NCBI GenBank assembly: GCA_965205975.1
Contig: OZ242195.1
Location: 3,968,001-4,032,000 of the forward strand
DNA from: Candidatus Latescibacterota bacterium
GTDB taxonomy: Bacteria; Latescibacterota; UBA2968
DNA length: 64,000 bases
Direction of reading: 5' to 3'
Below the pieces are notes generated by a model. That model was given only the letters and a program-made list of their open reading frames with translations, was not told the DNA's origin and did no database searches. A program made the position numbers and the translations under genes. Position 1 is the first letter of the stretch; every line of letters begins with the position of its first letter. Shown here piece by piece: positions 51,734 to 60,783 of the stretch.

Positions 51734-53079
51734 GTGACTACTCCCACGGCTAAAGCCTGTGGGCTTCTTGGCGGTCAATCCACCTGACGTTGTAGCCCCA
51801 ACGTCAATATGTTTATCGCAGCATTGTGGTCTCTGTCCGTCTTATACCCACACGCCTTGCAATGATGCACACGCTGAGAAAGTGGTTTTTTCTTTCTATG
51901 TCCACATGCCGAGCAATCTTGTGACGTATAGTCAGGATCAACGGCTTTGAATCCAATACCAGCTTCTTCCGCTTTGTATTTGAGACAGTGCCGAAACAGG
52001 GACCACGCTACGTCTGATATTGATTTAGCCAATCGTCTGTTCTTTTGCATCTCTTGAACGTCCAATTTCTCGACGGCTATGAATCCGTGACGATTGACCA
52101 TTTTTCTTGATTCTTGATGAGCAAAGTTATGTCGCTTATTACGGATACGCTCATGCACTCTGGCAATGACTTTGCGACGCTTTTCTCTTACGGCATCGGT
52201 CTTGGGTCTTTTTTTTACGGCGTCCCATTTGCGCTGTGCTTTGGCAAGGTTCTTTTCCTCTTGGCGAAAGAATCTCTGATTCTCTATTCTCTCGCCGTCA
52301 CTGGTTACTGCAAAGGACGTAAGACCCACGTCAAGGCCAACAGCAGAGCCTGTATCTGCTTTTTCAGGCGTTTCGCCCATATCGCAAGAGATAGACACAA
52401 ACCATTTGCCCGTCTTTGTGCGTCTGATTGTGCAAGACTTAGGGATACCTTCAAGCGGTCTATGCTGAACGACACGGATGCAACCTATTTTACTCAATCG
52501 CAAGCCTTTGGCGTCCAATCGACAACTGCTGGCAAACTGAGTATAGGTAATAGAGTCATAGCGGTTCTCACTTTTGTATCTGGGAAAGCCTGCATTCTCG
52601 CCCGTCTTTGACTTCTGTTTGAGACGCCGAAAGAAACCTTTGAATGCCCAATCTACTCTCTGGCATACTTGTTGGAGGACTTGAGAATGGACAAGAGAAA
52701 AAGGGTTGTATTGTTTTTTAAGCATGGGCAAAGTCTCTTGTTGGTCATAGCGCGACAAACTTTCTTTATTCTTTTTCCATGCTTGTATTCTCTCACAGAG
52801 GAGTTGGTTGTAGAGAATGCAACATTGCTCAATATGCGCCAGCAAGATTTTCTCTTGTTTTTTGGTGGGTCGCAATCTATATTTGAATGACTTAACCATA
52901 ATAGAAATATATACTTATGTATTGATTTTGTCAAGCAAAAATAGCGGATGGACCTGTTGATTCACTACCACCGATAGCCCCTTGAGGGCTATCCCCCTGG
53001 CTAAAGCCGCCCCATAAATTCTATGCGCTTCGCCATGCGACCCAAGCCTAAAGGACTTGGGACTTACGCGCATTTAAGT
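51734..53079 (-). mobile_element. IS200/IS605-family element, TnpB only
   Basis: Right end GAAGCCCACAGGCTTTAGCCGTGGGAGTAGTCAC. Left-end-like hairpin CCCAAGTCCTTTAGGCTTGGG (53041-53061) follows TTGA(A). The left boundary is approximate. Confidence 0.8.
51775..52899 (-). CDS. tnpB: RNA-guided endonuclease TnpB
   Basis: FKYRLRPT HTH, GLDVGL, AVEKL, CSAC/CKAC zinc finger and DRDHNAA. Confidence 0.95.
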   Translation of the reverse strand: MVKSFKYRLRPTKKQEKILLAHIEQCCILYNQLLCERIQAWKKNKESLSRYDQQETLPMLKKQYNPFSLVHSQVLQQVCQRVDWAFKGFFRRLKQKSKTGENAGFPRYKSENRYDSITYTQFASSCRLDAKGLRLSKIGCIRVVQHRPLEGIPKSCTIRRTKTGKWFVSISCDMGETPEKADTGSAVGLDVGLTSFAVTSDGERIENQRFFRQEEKNLAKAQRKWDAVKKRPKTDAVREKRRKVIARVHERIRNKRHNFAHQESRKMVNRHGFIAVEKLDVQEMQKNRRLAKSISDVAWSLFRHCLKYKAEEAGIGFKAVDPDYTSQDCSACGHRKKKPLSQRVHHCKACGYKTDRDHNAAINILTLGLQRQVD

Positions 53080-53249
53080 TCAAAATATCTCGCGTTGGGT
53101 GCTATTCGCAAGCCAGCCAATCAATCTCCCTTGTCAGAATCAGGATGGGCAGGATGTGAGGATTTACAGGATACCCACCGCTCAAGCCACCTATCCAAAA
53201 CCCATCCCACACACCCGCTGACAGCCTTACTCCCAGACCACGCAAAATA

Positions 53250-53290
53250 TAACGCTGACGCACCCCCGTTTTCCCACATATATTGCACAT
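53250..53290 (-). pseudogene. 5' fragment of a YgiT-type zinc-finger gene
   Basis: MCNICGKTGVRQRY; near-copy of 58589-58629. Confidence 0.65.
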
Positions 53291-53348
53291 CGTCTTGACA
53301 CCATGTCCAAGGGCAAATAGCTGATTTGACCGCATGGCTCAATATTTT

Positions 53349-55607
53349 TTATATCGGTACCATCAGTCCATTGCGGAATTTTCTATCGGGGCCTCTTTTT
53401 ACCGCCTCAAGAAGATTCGTTGCCAGTTTGATGCCAGACACCTTGTCAATGACTGCATTGCTAATGTCCCAAGATTTGGCTGGCTCGATACAATTTGGGC
53501 AAGCTGAACGGCAGTCGCAATTGCGGGCAATTTCAATCCCCTTCTCCAAAGCAACTTGCCAAACACTGAGCAACTTTTTCGCCACTCCAATTCCGCCGGG
53601 GTGATTCTCATAATAGTAGATGGCTAATTCATTACCCGCTGAATAGGTACTGGTATCAAAGCGATCTGCGGGAATCACAAACATTGCACCTACGCGAAGC
53701 ATATGTTCCACTGCACCGATACCGGCAGCAGCGTTTGCGTTTTGAGGAACATCAATCCAAAATCCATGAAGGTTTTTCAAAAAAAGAGCATCTTCAATTC
53801 CGCCGGTGTCTTTAACGTCTCCAGTATGCTCATCAACCAACTTATAGCCGGTAAAGTTCATCACGATATCAAGGGAGCCGTGATAGACTTCAATGTCTCC
53901 ATACTTGAAACCATCGAAAAAGTTCGACTTGGATATTACGGTGTAGAATCCAGGTTCAGTCCTTAAATTCGCATCAGCTTCTTCTAGGATAACGGCATGC
54001 TCTTCATGGGATTTCACGAGGTAGCGTCGGCCATAAAAAGGAAAAACAGCCCCGATGTAAGCTTCGCGGAACCGGCGCATTGCTGAGATTTGTCCGAGCT
54101 CCTCGTTGCTCCTCTTCAACTCGAAAGACTGCCCGATTCCGCCTCTCAAATTCAAATTTTTTTGCGGCTTATACCCCCTGGGTGGTGTCCCAGCTACCTT
54201 TCTTGCTTCTTTAAAAAACGGGCTACCAAGTATGCTTTTTTCGAAAGAATATACTTCTCCATCTGTTTCCTCTGCCAGTGAAGGAAGATGTTTCTCAATC
54301 AATTCTTCGTTAGCTGGGTCAACCACCAACTCATCAAAAGGTTTGTCCAAGAAGGCATTTAAGTTGCCCACGAAAAAGCGATCAATAGGGTCGTTCATGG
54401 CGTAAAATAGTACGAAAGCATCCTTATCCCAACCTCGCCCAGCACGCCCAATTTGTTGCCAAGCAGACATAATGTTGGGTGGGAATCCAGCCAATATGAT
54501 CCCATCCAATCCGCCGATGTCTAGCCCCAATTCCAAAGCGTTAGTCGTGAACACCACGCTGATGTTGCCCAATTTGATTTTCTGTTGTATGTCCTGCCGA
54601 TGATCATTTTTTAAGTCAGCATGGAACGCGGATATTCTGTTCGGGTCCAACCCGCGTTCCAGGGCCTCACGCTGGCAGTTACGAAAGGCGTCTTCAAGAA
54701 ATCGCTTCGTCGGGCAAAACACCAATACCTGTAACTCCTCGACAAGAGCGGTCAGTGCGGCAAGTTCAACACGCAGTCGCAAAATATCTCTATACCTAAA
54801 GTCCGGAATAGCAGGGTTGACAAATATAAAATGCCGCCTTGGACGTAATACATCTCTGGCGGACACTACTTCTACATTGCGCCCAGTGAGTGCCAGAGCG
54901 TGCTCTTTAGGGTTGGCACAAGTTGCAGTTGATAGGAACACTTGGGGCGATGCTCCAATGCGATTCAGGTGCAGAAAGAATCGCCGTAGCAAAAGTGCCA
55001 TGTTACCGCCGAAAAAGCCTCGGTATTCATGCATTTCGTCTATGACGACATAGCGCAACTTTTGCAGGAATCCAGATTTCTCCCATGACTCTCGCCAGCC
55101 AAGGAACGACATATTTAGGTATTCGGGGTTGGTCAGCAAAATCGAAGGAGGATGATCTCGCAGCAATTTTTTGATGTCCTCTGGCGTGTCGCCATCGTAA
55201 GGCCATGATTCTACTGAAAGTGGTTCGCAGAGTTGCAGGATTTGCGCCCGCTGGTCGAAAGCCAATGCCTTCATTGGATAAATCATCATTGCATGGGAAT
55301 CTCTATCTTGCATCAGGGAGTTGAGCATCGGTGCTGTAAAAGCCAGTGTTTTACCGCTGGCGGTGGGCGATTCCATAACCACGTCTGCACCACTCAGCGA
55401 CTTTTTGATGGCATCGACTTGGTGCTGGTAGGGCCGGGGGATTCCAATACTGTTTAGCGAGTCGCAGATAGATGAGTTAAGTTCCACCGGCCACTCGTCT
55501 GCGTATTGTGGTTCGACGCGCTCAACAGTACCGGTCTTTATTATATCGTCATCGCGCAGTGCATCGAACTTTTTTAGTTGTGATTTAAACTTTGCAATAT
55601 CAATCAT
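53349..55607 (-). CDS. DEAD/DEAH-box helicase with C-terminal DUF1998 Cys4 domain (YprA/MrfA/SftH-like)
   Basis: PTASGKT, DEMH, SAT, ALELGLDIG, QQIGRAGR and CDCRSACPNC motifs. Confidence 0.92.
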   Translation of the reverse strand: MIDIAKFKSQLKKFDALRDDDIIKTGTVERVEPQYADEWPVELNSSICDSLNSIGIPRPYQHQVDAIKKSLSGADVVMESPTASGKTLAFTAPMLNSLMQDRDSHAMMIYPMKALAFDQRAQILQLCEPLSVESWPYDGDTPEDIKKLLRDHPPSILLTNPEYLNMSFLGWRESWEKSGFLQKLRYVVIDEMHEYRGFFGGNMALLLRRFFLHLNRIGASPQVFLSTATCANPKEHALALTGRNVEVVSARDVLRPRRHFIFVNPAIPDFRYRDILRLRVELAALTALVEELQVLVFCPTKRFLEDAFRNCQREALERGLDPNRISAFHADLKNDHRQDIQQKIKLGNISVVFTTNALELGLDIGGLDGIILAGFPPNIMSAWQQIGRAGRGWDKDAFVLFYAMNDPIDRFFVGNLNAFLDKPFDELVVDPANEELIEKHLPSLAEETDGEVYSFEKSILGSPFFKEARKVAGTPPRGYKPQKNLNLRGGIGQSFELKRSNEELGQISAMRRFREAYIGAVFPFYGRRYLVKSHEEHAVILEEADANLRTEPGFYTVISKSNFFDGFKYGDIEVYHGSLDIVMNFTGYKLVDEHTGDVKDTGGIEDALFLKNLHGFWIDVPQNANAAAGIGAVEHMLRVGAMFVIPADRFDTSTYSAGNELAIYYYENHPGGIGVAKKLLSVWQVALEKGIEIARNCDCRSACPNCIEPAKSWDISNAVIDKVSGIKLATNLLEAVKRGPDRKFRNGLMVPI

Positions 55608-55786
55608 TTGACTTATCTCCGTAACGCAATTTGTAGTGAATAGTTATGCCGTATTATTTGCCTAATGGAACAATCAACAATATAGATGTTGGGCCTTCCT
55701 TAACCCTAACCTCTCCTGTTCCATTGAGCCAATCGACCAGCAGTGTCCCAGTGATAATGTTTTTATCACCGTGGATAGCTACTGCT

Positions 55787-56239
55787 TTATCCTGATGTCT
55801 GAGCACCACGAGTAATTGCTATTTTCGCACCAACAACCAGTCCTAAAAACAGGCTTATGCTTTCTAAGATGAACCTGTACCACATACCAGCAGTAATGGT
55901 GTAATTCGTGTTAATGGCACTCCACACCACGTATATGAACCAGCCAATGGACAACATACTTAGCCCCGCAACCAGTATGACCGCTGCCTGTCTCTTGTAA
56001 TTTGGTACTAAAACGATTGTTGTGTATAGAAGTATTGCGGCACTCGCAGTTCGTGAGACAAGGAGAATGAACGTACCACTAACTGGCATGCCTGCCATAT
56101 CTGGTGAATCATAGAATCCATAGACTGTCTCGAAGCCGTAACCCAGACCGAATGCGACATCAGTAACCATTTGCATCAGAAAAGCGACAAGCACACCCGC
56201 TGGTAGAGCCAGTATCCATCGTGCGGTAGTAATAAACAT
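55787..56239 (-). CDS. Multi-pass membrane protein
   Basis: About 4 hydrophobic segments starting from MFITT. Confidence 0.6.
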   Translation of the reverse strand: MFITTARWILALPAGVLVAFLMQMVTDVAFGLGYGFETVYGFYDSPDMAGMPVSGTFILLVSRTASAAILLYTTIVLVPNYKRQAAVILVAGLSMLSIGWFIYVVWSAINTNYTITAGMWYRFILESISLFLGLVVGAKIAITRGAQTSG

Positions 56240-56250
56240 AGAGTTTTTGA

Positions 56251-56538
56251 TTATTTTTTGACTAATACGGTAAAAAACATCGCTCCCCAACCGACGACCC
56301 AAGCGACAATGTAGCCCCACGGTAGTGTACCTTCGAAATACCAGTGCCCAATCAAGAACCATGGGATAGGGATACAGGTGCCAAAGAACGAGATAATCAA
56401 TGCTAGGACAGTGCTACCGACCCAGCTAGAGACCGCTGAGACCATTAGCCATAACTGGATGATGCCCATTGCAAAAAAAATACCAATATATAGGCACCCC
56501 GAGCCGAGGCTATCTTTGTCTTCCGATTCATCTGCCAT
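56251..56538 (-). CDS. Small membrane protein
   Basis: AGGAG Shine-Dalgarno; about 3 hydrophobic segments. Confidence 0.65.
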   Translation of the reverse strand: MADESEDKDSLGSGCLYIGIFFAMGIIQLWLMVSAVSSWVGSTVLALIISFFGTCIPIPWFLIGHWYFEGTLPWGYIVAWVVGWGAMFFTVLVKK

Positions 56539-56714
56539 TACAACTCCTATTTCACGACATCTTTAGATTTTTGTAACCAGCAGGTTAATTATATCCCAGA
56601 TAATGACACAATGCACGGAATACCATGCTATTCAAAAGTGAGGCCTTTCCGGGAATTCTCCAACCTGTATTTTGTCCTGACCATCCCACCTGTCGTTGTG
56701 ATACAGGCGTGAAC

Positions 56715-57749
56715 TCATGAATCCCTGACTTCTCCAGCGGGATATTCTCGCACCTGGTTTGTTTCTCTGCTACGTAGCTTGATGACAAGGGGTATATCGA
56801 GCGTTTCGTTTTCTGACAGTGGCGTATCACCTTTCTCCTTGGCGATTTGCGCCACGCTTTTGACCACCTTTAGCTTTTCGGCACCAGCGACAACTTCCGC
56901 ATCGCCACCGTAATAGTCGAACCAGGGAAGGCCCGCTTTGGTATATTGCCTCGCCGTCGGTGGCTCAGTCGGTGGTCGCTCACCAGTAATTGCCATCCAT
57001 TGGGCGGAATTGACGAGGGTAACAAAGCACCGACTAACGTGCTGCTGATCCCAGGCATCCAGGCCATAGGGATCGTCATAGATATCCTGTTTCATTCGAC
57101 CACCAGGTGCGAGTCCGATAGCCTTGTAAGCGAGGAGAGGGCTTGGACTTTCGAGGGGTTCTCTTAAAAAAACTTCACGAGGCATGATCATCTCCTCGTA
57201 CCGTTCCCGCTTCATGGGATAGGCTACAATCTGAAGCCCGCCATGCTGTGCGGCACCTGTAAGTTGTTCCTCCACCGTGTAGCCTTCTCCCAAAGGCATA
57301 GCCACAAACTGGCGGATCACCCCCTTTTCGACACAGTATCCGTCGAGCCAAGGCTGTTTGGGCAACACGACATAATCTTGCGGATCGCTATTCAATTGAT
57401 TGACCCAGGTCTGACCCGTGATCGCACAGATCTTGCCCGTCGCTATTTTCACAGCAAATGGATAGCTCTGATCAAAATGATAATTGTACCTGGACTCAAA
57501 GTTGATCCACATAGCTTCGGCTTGATGCATGGGCGCGATCACGCCGCCACGGCGCAGCCATTCCTCGGGCAATCGCGGCGCATAGTCGTCCAAATGCCGC
57601 AACGGAAAGCAGCCTAATCCCGGTGGCAGTGGATATTCCTCATCGTCATCGGGGATTCGCAGAGTGCGTTGGAACTCGATAGAACAAGCTGCGTCGTCGT
57701 GAACTTCGGGAAATCTAAAACTCAGTCTGTTGCGTTCAAGCGTGATCAT
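56715..57749 (-). CDS. Conserved hypothetical protein (RTLRIPDD...LPPGLG family)
   Basis: FQRTLRIPDD, QPWLDG, RQFVAMPLG, GLAPGGRMKQDIY and GLPWFDYY motifs. Confidence 0.8.
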   Translation of the reverse strand: MITLERNRLSFRFPEVHDDAACSIEFQRTLRIPDDDEEYPLPPGLGCFPLRHLDDYAPRLPEEWLRRGGVIAPMHQAEAMWINFESRYNYHFDQSYPFAVKIATGKICAITGQTWVNQLNSDPQDYVVLPKQPWLDGYCVEKGVIRQFVAMPLGEGYTVEEQLTGAAQHGGLQIVAYPMKRERYEEMIMPREVFLREPLESPSPLLAYKAIGLAPGGRMKQDIYDDPYGLDAWDQQHVSRCFVTLVNSAQWMAITGERPPTEPPTARQYTKAGLPWFDYYGGDAEVVAGAEKLKVVKSVAQIAKEKGDTPLSENETLDIPLVIKLRSRETNQVREYPAGEVRDS

Positions 57750-57783
57750 TATCGTTCTCTCCTCTCTCCTTACCAGTTGCCAT

Positions 57784-58146
57784 TTACCACTCTCCGTCTC
57801 GCACCTCGCGCACCACTCGGAGGATAGCGTGATCTGGTGCCTCCTTCAGTTGCCGGATTAACTCTGCGAACAGCTTGGGGCGCTTGCGGATAATTTCTTG
57901 CAGATCGCCGGAAACCTTTCCCGCCATTGCCAGGAACACATCCGGGTCCTGGCCCAATTCCTTTGCTATCCGGACAGTTGTCGCCTCCGAAGGCGGAGGC
58001 ACTTCTCCCCGCTCGATCTTGCTCAGATAAGCCGGTTCGATACCGATCCGTTGCGCCACCTGGCGCAATGAAAAACGCCGATCCTCTTGGCGAAGATTCT
58101 CACGAATCCCTCTTACGGTATCGCCAAAGTGTGTGGAACGTGTCAT
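57784..58146 (-). CDS. XRE-family HTH regulator
   Basis: SLRQVAQRIGIEPAYLSKIERGE; palindrome tgtgtcatatatataacaca directly at the start. Confidence 0.9.
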   Translation of the reverse strand: MTRSTHFGDTVRGIRENLRQEDRRFSLRQVAQRIGIEPAYLSKIERGEVPPPSEATTVRIAKELGQDPDVFLAMAGKVSGDLQEIIRKRPKLFAELIRQLKEAPDHAILRVVREVRDGEW

Positions 58147-58404
58147 GTGTCATATATATAACACATTCTAATTTTTGTCAAGAATATTCTTTCAGTTATG
58201 AGACTCCGTAGTCATTTCACCAGACCCTTCTGCCTGCCGCGGATGTGGCGTGGGTTTGACCAGCGTCGCCTGTAAAAAAAATACCGCCCTCCCGATATTG
58301 GGAGAGCGGCATAGAATGGATCGGTACAATGAACCGACGTCTGTATTCTTCACATTTTAAAACATCTCTCGTCGCGTGCCAGATTGAGACGCATTCCTCG
58401 CGGG

Positions 58405-58656
58405 TTATGCAAATGCAGCGACTGCTACGGTGCGTTTAGTCGCAATGCCTTCTCGCTCGCGCTTAATGCGATCAACTTCATGCAGGGTTTGTGCTGTCAA
58501 ATAGCTCTCGCCACAATGGGGACAACTCATCACAGGCACACCTTCGATGACAAGAAGAGATGCGCCTTTTCCATAACTTCGTGAAACGTAACGCTGACGC
58601 ACCCCTACTTTCCCACATATATCGCACACCAGGGCTTGACTCCTTAGCCCGCTCAT
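58405..58656 (-). CDS. YgiT-type zinc-finger protein (MqsA N-domain-like)
   Basis: CDICG...IEGVPVMSCPHCGESY. Confidence 0.88.
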   Translation of the reverse strand: MSGLRSQALVCDICGKVGVRQRYVSRSYGKGASLLVIEGVPVMSCPHCGESYLTAQTLHEVDRIKREREGIATKRTVAVAAFA

Positions 58657-58865
58657 CTCGAGGATATTCCTTCGCCCCGCGCATAAGCCAGAGCTTGATC
58701 GATATCTTCTCGTTCAAGATAGGGATAGGCTTTTAGAATTTCTTCATGTGTCCGACCGGCTGCCAAAAGTCCCACGATAGTTCCAACCGTCACTCGCAGT
58801 CCCCGAATACATGCCTTGCCACCCATGACCTCGGGATCGAAAGTAATCCGTGATAATTTTTCCAC
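58653..58865 (-). CDS. DUF433 antitoxin-like protein
   Basis: GGKACIRGLRVTV...YPYLEREDI..ALAYA. Confidence 0.9.
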   Translation of the reverse strand: MEKLSRITFDPEVMGGKACIRGLRVTVGTIVGLLAAGRTHEEILKAYPYLEREDIDQALAYARGEGISSR

Positions 58866-58991
58866 GCGCTATCTCCTACTATATCCATACTGTTCAGTAT
58901 AAAAACGATTTCTAACCGCCAAAAAATGTAGCAACAACCGCGATATTGTCAACCGCATTTCAAAACATATCAAGGCAGGTTGAACTTGATG

Positions 58992-59012
58992 CATACGTCA
59001 AAATGACGTATG
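58992..59012. promoter_or_regulatory. Perfect palindromic operator overlapping a promoter
   Basis: CATACGTCA-AAA-TGACGTATG between TTGATG and TATGAT. Confidence 0.7.
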
Positions 59013-59039
59013 ATTTGAGAATTAAGGAGATCAATAAAC

Positions 59040-59342
59040 ATGATTACTAAAGCACAATATGGGACTTCTGAACTGGAGAGAGACTTTGGACGTCTCACAT
59101 TTGGAAATGCCCTATCCAGCTATCGAATAGGAGAAGAAAAAAGCCAGCGAGCGTTTGCTGATTTTTTGGGAATCTCCCCTCAAAGCCTTTGTGATATTGA
59201 AAAAGAAAGAAGAATCCCAAGCCCTAGCAGAGCAGCCAAAATTGCCAGACAACTCGGCGAGCCAGAGAGCTTCTGGGTTCAGCTTGCACTACAGGACATG
59301 CTTCGAAAAGAAAACTTGAACCTCGTTGTTTCTATTGATTAA
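59040..59342 (+). CDS. HigA-like XRE HTH antitoxin (orphan)
   Basis: SQRAFADFLGISPQSLCDIEKERR...FWVQLALQD. Confidence 0.8.
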   Translation: MITKAQYGTSELERDFGRLTFGNALSSYRIGEEKSQRAFADFLGISPQSLCDIEKERRIPSPSRAAKIARQLGEPESFWVQLALQDMLRKENLNLVVSID

Positions 59343-59465
59343 TGCGTAAGTCGGGAAAAGGATTTCCCTCCTACCTGACTGGATTGCTGATATTAGTGAC
59401 AACCAAAACCAACTGGATCGCGGCTAAATGCCTGCCGCGATGACGGCTTTGTTAATTAACCCCCC

Positions 59466-60782
59466 CTACCACCCAGGCCCCACATCTGCCGCAGTTAAAG
59501 GACCCCCGTCCTCCGTTTCCGTCGGGAACTCAACGCAACCAATCGTCTTCTGCTCGCCCCGGGAATGCCCCAGAACATCTGTCGTAATCTCTGGATAATG
59601 CCCCTCTGCATTGCCGATCAGACCACTGGACTCTCCCGGTGCAACAACCCCATTGGGCAGATAATCCACATCGACCCGCCCAGTTTTTATCCCCTCCCGA
59701 GCGGGCATACCCAAATCTCCATCTGTCACATTCCCCTCCCACGTCCAATCCACTGGCTCATCGTCCTGCACCAGCCGCACAGTCCTCTCGGATCTCACAA
59801 AAACATTATTCGCAATCGCACAATCCTTAGGCGCCGTGCCATTGGGATACCTGCTGTGATTTAGCCCCACAACCATCGCCGGACTACATCCCACAAACGT
59901 ATTAAACGCAACTATCGCGCGCTCTACCCGCACATAGAGATCATCCGATGCCCCATCCATCATACCCACGCCAAACGCATTGAGCGAGTGGAACAAATTA
60001 TTCACCACAACCTGATCCGTCCCCTGCAAGCGCACACCGCCCGCCCGGCGTTCACCCTCGCCAAAAAAGAAATTCTCAGACACCACATTGCCATCCCCAT
60101 GCCGAAGCACCAGCGCCCCCCGGCAATCGCGAAACGTATTTCTGCGGAGCACATTGCCATTGGACTTCACAGAAATAATCTCCGCCTCCCCACTACAACG
60201 CACAAAAAGATTGTACTCAATCACCGTCTCACAATCGCCCGGCTCTGGATCGTACGGATTCCCCTCTGTAATCAGCTGAAGCGTCTCGTACCCATTGCTC
60301 TCCTTGCCATCCGGAATATCCACAAAATAATTGTGATGAACACGGTGCCTCTCGCCCTGATTCCGAACGTAAATCTGCATCAACTGACAGCCGCGCGTCT
60401 CCTCGAGATTATTGGTCTTATTCTCAAACCGGCAGCGATCAATCTCAACCTCCCGGCTCTCCGCCCTCACCCGTATCCACTTGCCAACCTGCACATCCGT
60501 CATCACACAGCGACTTATGCGACAACCCCGTCCCCGAATTTCCACACTCCCCTTCTCCACAAACTGCAGCCCCACAAGACTGATATAATCTCCCACCAAC
60601 AACAACGGCGCCTTTATAACCGCCCGCCCCATATTATCCGCCCGGATAACAATCGGCTGATCCGCAGTCCCCCTCGCCTCGAGCCTGCACCTCTCACCAT
60701 CATACATGCCATCGGCCAGAATAATAACATCGCCCGGCTGTGCCTCACTCACCCGCGCTTCTATTTCAGATACGGATCTCAT
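59466..60782 (-). CDS. PL6 polysaccharide lyase (chondroitinase B/alginate lyase-like)
   Basis: PGDVIILADG, NGYETLQ, GEAEIISVKS and LRHG motifs. Confidence 0.88.
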   Translation of the reverse strand: MRSVSEIEARVSEAQPGDVIILADGMYDGERCRLEARGTADQPIVIRADNMGRAVIKAPLLLVGDYISLVGLQFVEKGSVEIRGRGCRISRCVMTDVQVGKWIRVRAESREVEIDRCRFENKTNNLEETRGCQLMQIYVRNQGERHRVHHNYFVDIPDGKESNGYETLQLITEGNPYDPEPGDCETVIEYNLFVRCSGEAEIISVKSNGNVLRRNTFRDCRGALVLRHGDGNVVSENFFFGEGERRAGGVRLQGTDQVVVNNLFHSLNAFGVGMMDGASDDLYVRVERAIVAFNTFVGCSPAMVVGLNHSRYPNGTAPKDCAIANNVFVRSERTVRLVQDDEPVDWTWEGNVTDGDLGMPAREGIKTGRVDVDYLPNGVVAPGESSGLIGNAEGHYPEITTDVLGHSRGEQKTIGCVEFPTETEDGGPLTAADVGPGW

Positions 60783-60783
60783 C

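Noticed and set aside
52945..52975. Possible tnpA remnant (LLIHY)
   Set aside because: Too short to support; no HUH motif or ORF.
53349..55607. Assignment of the helicase to DISARM or Druantia
   Set aside because: Required partner genes are absent; size and architecture fit a stand-alone YprA/MrfA-like helicase.
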